Positions 1 through 6,037 of a stretch of 40,847 nucleotides of DNA are shown here, piece after piece. The notes below the pieces were generated by a model. That model saw nothing but the letters and a program-made list of their open reading frames with translations, was not told where the DNA came from and made no database searches. The DNA comes from Candidatus Thorarchaeota archaeon SMTZ1-45 (GTDB lineage: Archaea > Asgardarchaeota > Thorarchaeia > Thorarchaeales > Thorarchaeaceae): assembly GCA_001563335.1 (NCBI GenBank), contig LRSL01000083.1, positions 1 to 40,847 of the forward strand, given 5' to 3'. Each line of letters opens with the position of its first letter. Positions within the stretch are counted from its first letter, which is position 1. The position numbers and the translations under genes are program-made.

Positions 1-574
1 AAGCCAAGAAATAATCTGGTGCAAGGAGTGCAACAAGAATTCCACCAACGGGAGGTACAACTAACTGAACAACCTGAAATGTCATCTGAGATAGAGAGTT
101 GGCTGCGACTAACTCATCACCATCGACTAGATTTGGTATTGATGCACTCCTTGCGGGGAAGAACCATGCATTTGCAGTAGCATAAATAAATGTGAGAATG
201 TAAACCCAATAGATTGTTGGTATGAAAGATGGGAAATATACTGTCAGAGGAATAAGAAGAATCGCAACTGCTCGAACAATATCAGTACCAACCATGATTG
301 TTTTTCGGTTCCATCGATCAATGTACACACCAATTGGACCAGCAAAAGCAACAACAGGCAGTGTTTGAGCAATTGCTAAGATTGCCATTGCCATTGCAGA
401 GCCAGTAAAATCATAGGCATAGAACATAAGCGCCAATGATGCTATTGCTGTACCAATGTTTGAAACCAGTTGACCAGACCATAATAGTGAGAAGTCTCGA
501 TGAGATAGTACAGATCTAAATCCGCGTGAATCATTGGTTTCACCGATTTCTTCAGAATTTACAACTTTAGTCAT
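1..574 (-). CDS. MFS transporter (MefA/EntS-like H+ antiporter family), 3'-truncated by window edge
   Basis: Not in ORF track. Manual translation from ATG at 574: MTKVVNSEEIGETNDSRGFRSVLSHRDFSLLWSGQLVSNIGTAIASLALMFYAYDFTGSAMAMAILAIAQTLPVVAFAGPIGVYIDRWNRKTIMVGTDIVRA...; MFS motif A (GxxxDRxxRK); AGGAG SD upstream. Confidence 0.9.
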   Translation of the reverse strand, partial: MTKVVNSEEIGETNDSRGFRSVLSHRDFSLLWSGQLVSNIGTAIASLALMFYAYDFTGSAMAMAILAIAQTLPVVAFAGPIGVYIDRWNRKTIMVGTDIVRAVAILLIPLTVYFPSFIPTIYWVYILTFIYATANAWFFPARSASIPNLVDGDELVAANSLSQMTFQVVQLVVPPVGGILVALLAPDYFLA

Positions 575-579
575 TTGAT

Positions 580-678
580 CTATCTCCTAAAGTAGACTCT
601 AGCTACTGCTTTAGTAGACACGATGGTCTTTGTAGTATTCCAAACCCGCGGAGTTCCTTCTATCTCTGCTAGTGTCAT
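580..678 (-). CDS. Putative small protein, 32 aa (MTLAEIEGTPRVWNTTKTIVSTKAVARVYFRR)
   Basis: ATG preceded by GGTGA SD; ends 5 nt before the MFS start; shares TPRV...(S/T)TxAxAxxY...RR with the ORF at 683-793. Confidence 0.45.
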   Translation of the reverse strand: MTLAEIEGTPRVWNTTKTIVSTKAVARVYFRR

Positions 679-682
679 TTCT

Positions 683-793
683 TCACCTTCTAGTTGTAAT
701 GTAAGCATAAGCAAGTGCTTCTGTTGTTTGAATGCGGGCGAATCTTGTTTCATCAATTAGACGAAAGACTCGTGGAGTTTTAGTAAATCTCAT
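683..793 (-). CDS. Putative small protein, 36 aa (MRFTKTPRVFRLIDETRFARIQTTEALAYAYITTRR)
   Basis: ATG..TGA ORF 4 nt from the next ORF; motif similarity to 580-678. Confidence 0.4.
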   Translation of the reverse strand: MRFTKTPRVFRLIDETRFARIQTTEALAYAYITTRR

Positions 794-820
794 TTTCTTT
801 CACACATTCTTTTTAGCTGG

Positions 821-937
821 TCACAGGATATGTTGTTTCTGAGAAAAACTGACCATTTCTCTGACCACAGGGTGACCACTCTGGAACCCAATCAGGTCGA
901 TTAAGAGCTGTTTTATCGTTCTCAGAAGATTATCCAA
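821..937 (-). CDS. Putative small protein, 38 aa (MDNLLRTIKQLLIDLIGFQSGHPVVREMVSFSQKQHIL)
   Basis: TTG start with a strong GAGGTGA SD 5 nt upstream; co-oriented with the two small ORFs and the MFS gene. Confidence 0.3.
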   Translation of the reverse strand: MDNLLRTIKQLLIDLIGFQSGHPVVREMVSFSQKQHIL

Positions 938-1117
938 ATACTTCACCTCGTAACAGAAAAGAAAGCGTAGGAGATAGCATCAGTGCTGATGACTAACCTC
1001 TTATTCTTTAACACAGATGAATTCCGTAAGTTAGTTGTTTGAGCCATGATATTTCACAAGAAATACTGCTCAGATTTAGTATATATACCGAAGCCACGTA
1101 TGGGGGTCACAGAAAGA

Positions 1118-1134
1118 AGTCACAAATTGTGACT
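1118..1134. promoter_or_regulatory. Perfect 7-3-7 inverted repeat AGTCACA-AAT-TGTGACT, candidate operator
   Basis: Lies in the divergent intergenic region; an extra GTCACA half-site sits at 1106-1111. Confidence 0.4.
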
Positions 1135-1340
1135 AGGGTAAAGGCTCAATAGCAGATATGGTATACAACGTGATGATGAATCAATCTACCAAAACAACCC
1201 TCACTTTTTTTGGTACTCTGTAGAGATAGTCATATTGGTTTTTTTGATTCAACAACCAATCATGGCGCACTTCGTGGGAAAGACCTCATTCTTTATACAC
1301 AAAACAAAGTATGTGGCAGTTAGTTCTAGCGTGATATGCA

Positions 1341-1853
1341 ATGAATGAGTATACAATCCTTATGAGACTCCTCACACGTTCGGGCAATCCAATTGGTGCT
1401 AGTGTAGATGATATGCTTGATGCTCTTGGATTACCGGAAGATTTGGGAAGAAATATTCTGTTTAGACGTTTGAGCAAGTTACATTCCAGACTAGAACCAG
1501 TAGGACTTATCATTAAACACAACCCAGTAAGTGGAGTATTCTATGTTGATACTTCACTCCAAGCAAAGATAAAACAAGATGAAACCACGCTTCCAGATAG
1601 ATTAGCAGCAACTCTCCTCATTGTTATAACGTTGGCCTATCAAGATGGGGGCTGGGTGTCTTTCGACAGGGTACGAGAGTTTCGTAAGAAGAGTCTAAAA
1701 GGCGTCATGGAAGATCTAAGAGAGCTACAGAATCAGGGATACATTGAGATAGACCAGACAGGAAAGAGGGTTAGGTTAGGACTAAGAGTTCCCTTTGAGA
1801 TCGACTATGAAGCATTCTTCAGAAACCTCGTATCAGAAAAACCAGTGGACTAA
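1341..1853 (+). CDS. Tandem winged-helix protein, kite (ScpB/Nse1/Nse3-MAGE)-like
   Basis: 170 aa; WH-A ending LxxVGLIIKH..GVFYV; WH-B ending LRELQNQGYIE...RLGLRVPFEID, resembling the Nse1/MAGE (W/L)GPRxxxE motif. Confidence 0.6.
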   Translation: MNEYTILMRLLTRSGNPIGASVDDMLDALGLPEDLGRNILFRRLSKLHSRLEPVGLIIKHNPVSGVFYVDTSLQAKIKQDETTLPDRLAATLLIVITLAYQDGGWVSFDRVREFRKKSLKGVMEDLRELQNQGYIEIDQTGKRVRLGLRVPFEIDYEAFFRNLVSEKPVD

Positions 1854-1911
1854 ATACTATGACTTCGTTAGTTTTATCAATATATCGTCAAACCTCATCA
1901 TGGTCGGAATT

Positions 1912-2271
1912 ATGTCTCATAGACGTTCACTAAGATTTGCAAAAACGACCTGCCCAATATGCGGCAGTAAGGAAGTCGCTCGTGACGACAATAAAGGAGA
2001 CCTCCTCTGCACAAACTGCGGTCATATAATTGTCCGCACTGAAACGAGAGCTGTCGGTAAGTTCGACATTGCTCAGCATCTCAAACGAAATGGAAAAATG
2101 GACTTTGCTGGACTCCGACATGCTACAGGAGCTTCAGAGGACAAGTTATTCGGAGTAATTCGGAGCATGGTTGAAATGGGGCTTCTTTCGGATTTCCAAG
2201 GGCAATACTCTCTCACAAAGAAAGGACAGAGATGGTATCGCCAAAGATTGGGGCAGGAATGGGGATATTAG
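1912..2271 (+). CDS. TFIIB-type zinc ribbon fused to a winged-helix domain
   Basis: CPICGSKEVARDDNKGDLLCTNCGHII matches the TFIIB Zn-ribbon pattern; C-terminal wHTH (MVEMGLL...YSLTKKG); ATG 1912 (or 1900) preferred over 1795, which overlaps the upstream gene. Confidence 0.75.
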   Translation: MSHRRSLRFAKTTCPICGSKEVARDDNKGDLLCTNCGHIIVRTETRAVGKFDIAQHLKRNGKMDFAGLRHATGASEDKLFGVIRSMVEMGLLSDFQGQYSLTKKGQRWYRQRLGQEWGY

Positions 2272-2284
2272 CCCCCGAAGGGGC
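2271..2284 (+). terminator. Short GC hairpin GCCCC-CGAA-GGGGC at the stop codon, possible terminator or stabiliser
   Basis: 5-bp GC stem starting at the last base of the stop codon; no strong U-tract directly after. Confidence 0.3.
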
Positions 2285-2447
2285 AGGTTCCTCACATTAG
2301 TGGACACTATTTTTTCCAGAGAACATTTCTTTCTACTAGAAATAATAATACGTTAATTAATTTAGAACCTAGCAGAGTGTTGATTGATTTAATTTTCTTA
2401 ATGTCCCTAAGAAATATTTAATAAACAATTTAAATTTTGGTCCACTC

Positions 2448-2555
2448 AGGATTCGATTCGTTGATTTCTATAAATCTTCAATCTCCCTCCTACCACGCGA
2501 TAATCGTGCTGATTAAAAACCAGTACGATTCACACACACTGAATCGAATCCTATC
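2448..2555 (+). ncRNA. Candidate structured small RNA, copy A
   Basis: 13-bp closing stem AGGATTCGATTCG(2448-2460)/TGAATCGAATCCT(2540-2552); inner hairpin ATCGTGCTG/CAGTACGAT; core CTCCCTCCTACCACGCGATA shared with copy B; TATTTAATAAA about 25-30 nt upstream; G-U pairs favour the + strand. Confidence 0.6.
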
Positions 2556-2595
2556 TCTATATTTCGAGGCAAAAAAATCGCACTTGTTCGATCAA

Positions 2596-3432
2596 CTAGG
2601 ATTTTAGACGATCAAATGCATGGGATATCGTTTCTCTTTCCGAATCCAAATCACCAATTATCTCAATTCTATCAAGGCTGGTTTCACCCAGACCTCTCTT
2701 CCTAGCTTCCTGCAGAACAGGCATCTCTGCTGGTTCAAACCCTACGAGATATCCACCAACTGCTTCGACTGCAAAAGCGTCAGTACCCACAATGAGAAGG
2801 TTGGGAGTGACTGTGATTCTTTTCTTCTTAAAACCAAGGTAGACATGGGTTGCATCTATTACAGCAAGATCGATTCCGCCGATTGCTTCATAAATGTCTA
2901 ATAATGCAGTGGTCAGGTGTTTGTGGAATCTATGCTTCTTGGTATCTGGGATCATGCCAAGTAGATTCTTGATGACAAAGCCAAGGTTCATGAGGTCTTC
3001 AAGTCCAGCTTCTTCATATCTTCGGGGTACATGAGTACTGATGAATGTGTTTGGCTCAGAAAAAACTCGAGGGAATGGAACACTTTCCCCAGTAATTACA
3101 ACATCCTTCGTGTCTGTATCCTCTGATAGATTGAAAGGAACTACTCTATCATTGTAGCATTCTTCCCAAATCTCAAGTCGTTTCAATCCTGGTCCAGCTC
3201 CACTATCAGACTCAGTCACCCGAATGGATGGTGCCTTATCAAATGAATCAACAATTGATTGTAGAGTCTGAACAGTAGTGCAAATCCCAGTTTCAGAGTT
3301 GTAGATTCCAACCTTGACAAAAACAGGTATTTCAGTCGTATTAAGATGCTTCATGCCATCTATGTGTTCCAGAGCACTACTGAAGGCATCATTACTCACT
3401 ACAATAACAGTTGGCTTCAAGAGCAACACCAA
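2596..3432 (-). CDS. DUF362 domain protein
   Basis: VFVKVGI, ESDSG, IKNLLG, DLAVIDA, D-A-F-A-V-E-A and EARKRGLG motifs typical of DUF362. Confidence 0.75.
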   Translation of the reverse strand: MVLLLKPTVIVVSNDAFSSALEHIDGMKHLNTTEIPVFVKVGIYNSETGICTTVQTLQSIVDSFDKAPSIRVTESDSGAGPGLKRLEIWEECYNDRVVPFNLSEDTDTKDVVITGESVPFPRVFSEPNTFISTHVPRRYEEAGLEDLMNLGFVIKNLLGMIPDTKKHRFHKHLTTALLDIYEAIGGIDLAVIDATHVYLGFKKKRITVTPNLLIVGTDAFAVEAVGGYLVGFEPAEMPVLQEARKRGLGETSLDRIEIIGDLDSERETISHAFDRLKS

Positions 3433-3559
3433 GCCATGAAATCTAGATGACTGCTATTAAACAATGTAGGACTCAGCAATTATAATGAGCTGTCACACAA
3501 TTAATTTTTACAATTTCCTCTAAAGTAATCCTTAATATAGTATAGAATTAATTACTTAC

Positions 3560-3663
3560 AGGGTCTGGCGCAGAGGGCTTCAAACAAACTCCCCTCCTAA
3601 CCACGCGAATACCTACTAAGTAGGATACCTACTTTCCCTTTTTACCTCTGTGCCGACCTATCT
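3560..3663 (+). ncRNA. Candidate structured small RNA, copy B
   Basis: 15-bp closing stem GGGTC(T)GGCGCAGAGG(3561-3576)/CCTCTGTGCCGACCT(3645-3659); core CTCCCCTCCTAACCACGCGAATA followed by hairpin CCTAC-TAA-GTAGG; CCTTAATATA box about 25 nt upstream; ends CCTATCT like copy A. Confidence 0.6.
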
Positions 3664-3770
3664 TATTCTATCAAAACTAATTTGTTTTTCTCGTGCTTCG
3701 TAAAAGGATTAATCTGTCTTCAGACAGATATTTCATCTGAGCATTAGTGAAGCGTGTGAGGAGGTCTTAA

Positions 3771-4235
3771 GTGAGTCGGCATACTATTCGTAGGACTGGA
3801 CTAGCAATTGCATTGTCACTCATTGTGTTGATCATTGGTCTTTCGTTGGCATGGTTGGGAGGCTATGGCTATCTTCCCTTGGATCCACATCTTGTGGTTC
3901 CAACTACTATAATTCTCTTTTTCGCCACACTCCTATTGTCTGTGACGACCATGATGGCAGGAACCTCTTTTATTGCAAGACAAAATATCTCTACCATTCC
4001 TAAATCACCGATGGATAATGTCTTGAGTCGAGGAATTCGTGACTCTATGAGCGGCATTGAGAGGATAGTTCAAGCTCCTCCAGACGTTTCTATACGGGAA
4101 ATTCTAGTTAGAGATTGGTCTTTTCAGAAGAGGGTTTCCCACAACTGGTATGTGATTGATGAGAATGGAAATGATGTAACGGATTGGCCAATCTGTAATT
4201 GGGAGGGAATTGCAGTCATTCGTTTCGATGACTAA
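3771..4235 (+). CDS. Hypothetical membrane protein (2 N-terminal TM helices)
   Basis: GTG start with GAGGAGG SD; two hydrophobic segments followed by a soluble domain. Confidence 0.75.
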   Translation: MSRHTIRRTGLAIALSLIVLIIGLSLAWLGGYGYLPLDPHLVVPTTIILFFATLLLSVTTMMAGTSFIARQNISTIPKSPMDNVLSRGIRDSMSGIERIVQAPPDVSIREILVRDWSFQKRVSHNWYVIDENGNDVTDWPICNWEGIAVIRFDD

Positions 4236-4327
4236 CTTAATTGAGGGAAGATAGGGAATCTAATTCTGTATGGATTCGAGTTAGTTAATAAACAAAGGTT
4301 GTGGTTTAGAAAAATTGAAACAGACTC

Positions 4328-4729
4328 ATGTTTCAATTTCTGATGAGGAAAGAGATGAAAGGTAGAGGAAGAAGACCCCTAAGAAGCCCACGAAGAATTT
4401 TCCGACCTTTTCAAAGGAGGAGGAAAGCACGAATAATAAGAGGATTATTCCGAATCAGTACAGGAGCTGCAATGTTGTATCTAATTGCTGGTACAAACAG
4501 AGCAGTAAAGTTGGATAAATCAGATGTACGAAAATTGGAAAGTGATGCTCAGAAGAATGTAGAAGACATGGATGAACACGAATTAATAGAAGCAATGGAA
4601 CGTCTAGGTATAAAGTCAATATCACTAACGAATGAAGAGAAACAGCTTGTATTGGTGGTCTGTCCCTATTGTGGCCATAAGAATGAACAAAGCATGAGAA
4701 AGTGTGAGAATTGTGGAGCAAGCATTTGA
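4328..4729 (+). CDS. Hypothetical protein with Arg-rich N-terminus and C-terminal zinc ribbon
   Basis: CPYC..CENC ribbon; alternative ATG at 4355 with a GAGGA SD. Confidence 0.75.
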   Translation: MFQFLMRKEMKGRGRRPLRSPRRIFRPFQRRRKARIIRGLFRISTGAAMLYLIAGTNRAVKLDKSDVRKLESDAQKNVEDMDEHELIEAMERLGIKSISLTNEEKQLVLVVCPYCGHKNEQSMRKCENCGASI

Positions 4730-4740
4730 TAATGGGTTAG

Positions 4741-5889
4741 TTACTTCTTGATAACCAATAAGGGTCCGTCAATCTTGACTGGTGCTTCCGGTGGAAGATC
4801 CAAGAGCCAGTCCTCAAGCTCTTCCATAGTATTGAACCGCAACAAAACCATCAATCGCTGAAGAGGAAGAGTGTCATATCTCGTGATGACCTTCTTTAAC
4901 TGAAACATTCTAAAAGCTTCGAGTTCAGCCTTTTGCTCCTCTAGACGTTCTTTCGATGTGTCAATCCATGGACTGTCCTTCTCAAAGTCCCAAATCTCAA
5001 CATTGCCATCCATAGACCCTGTGATGACCTGGTGATCATCAGGAGTGACCACCATCGAATGAACATTCTCTGTTGATGTAAGGCTATGTAGTAAAACTCC
5101 ACCACGAAGCAACCAAGCTCTTACAGTACCATCGGTGGAGCCAGTGATAACATGTTGTCCATCATTTGTGATGTGAATCATTATTACTGCAGTGTTGTGG
5201 CCGGTCATTGTCTTCAATAAAGTACCAGACTCGAGATCCCAAAGGTTGACAACTCCATCTTGACCCCCAGAGAGAATGTATCGCGAGTCCGCTGTTATGG
5301 CAAGTGTAGTCACATGTCCTTTATGGGCTTTGAGAGTCTTTAACTCGATACCTAGCTCAAAGTCCCAAATCCAAATCATGCCAAGCGTATCAGTAGTTGG
5401 AGCTTTTCTACTGCCACAGAGCATGTGACGACCATCAGGACTAATGGTGATTGAGTAAATTCCTTGTGAGTGTTCTAGATATCGAAGCAGGATACCACGG
5501 TCAACATCCCAAAAGCGGACAATTCCATCATCGCCCCCGGTAACAATATACCTCTGATCAGGACTGACAGCGACCGACCGGATGTGTGCTGAATTAGGTG
5601 CCAATGAACTCCGCAGAGATTTTGTTTCTATGTTCCAAATTTTCACAGCAAGGTCTTTGTCTGCAATAGAAACCAATTTTTTGTCATCAGGCATTAATAC
5701 GAGACCATAGACAGGACCGTTATGACCAAGAAACTTGTGTACTTCTTTTCCGGAAGTGATATCCCAAAGCCGAATCGAAGCATCTTGACCACCAGAAACT
5801 AAAGTTTGTCCATCATTTGTTATGGCAAGAGACCATACAGTAAATTCATGCCCTTCTAGTTTAATATTAGGGATTAATTCCCCTTCCAA
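4741..5889 (-). CDS. WD40 beta-propeller protein with C-terminal PCI-like winged helix
   Basis: About 7 GH...WD repeats; coiled linker; tail YDTLPLQRLMVLLRFNTMEELEDWLLDL...VKIDG; GAGGAG SD before TTG. Confidence 0.9.
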   Translation of the reverse strand: MEGELIPNIKLEGHEFTVWSLAITNDGQTLVSGGQDASIRLWDITSGKEVHKFLGHNGPVYGLVLMPDDKKLVSIADKDLAVKIWNIETKSLRSSLAPNSAHIRSVAVSPDQRYIVTGGDDGIVRFWDVDRGILLRYLEHSQGIYSITISPDGRHMLCGSRKAPTTDTLGMIWIWDFELGIELKTLKAHKGHVTTLAITADSRYILSGGQDGVVNLWDLESGTLLKTMTGHNTAVIMIHITNDGQHVITGSTDGTVRAWLLRGGVLLHSLTSTENVHSMVVTPDDHQVITGSMDGNVEIWDFEKDSPWIDTSKERLEEQKAELEAFRMFQLKKVITRYDTLPLQRLMVLLRFNTMEELEDWLLDLPPEAPVKIDGPLLVIKK

Positions 5890-6003
5890 ATTGTTCAGCT
5901 CCTCTCATAGTTTCCTGCAGCTTGAACATAGAAATTAACACAACAAAAGGTTGTCGCTTTTTTTTGAATTTGTAAAACGAATATATAGAAAAAGAGAATG
6001 GAG

Positions 6004-6022
6004 GGTGGCACTGAGTGCCACC
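6004..6022 (-). terminator. Hairpin GGTGGCAC-N3-GTGCCACC followed by a pyrimidine/U tract downstream of hppA
   Basis: Perfect 8-bp stem 15 nt after the hppA stop; CTCTTTTTCT follows on the minus strand. Confidence 0.5.
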
Positions 6023-6037
6023 ACACAAGGTAATACT

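Noticed and set aside
683-937. In-frame TGA codons linking the 821-937 and 683-793 ORFs as selenocysteine readthrough
   Set aside because: No redox motif context, no recognisable selenoprotein family and no SECIS seen
2446-3600. Minus-strand micro-ORFs (about 11 codons) following AGGAGG within the two elements
   Set aside because: The peptides are unrelated between copies and the G-U pairs favour a + strand RNA; not fully excluded
2448-3663. Reading the two stem-loop elements as integron attC sites, retron ncRNA, CRISPR repeats or SECIS elements
   Set aside because: No RYYYAAC/GTTRRRY ends or integrase, no reverse transcriptase nearby, no repeat-spacer periodicity, and no AUGA/GA SECIS core
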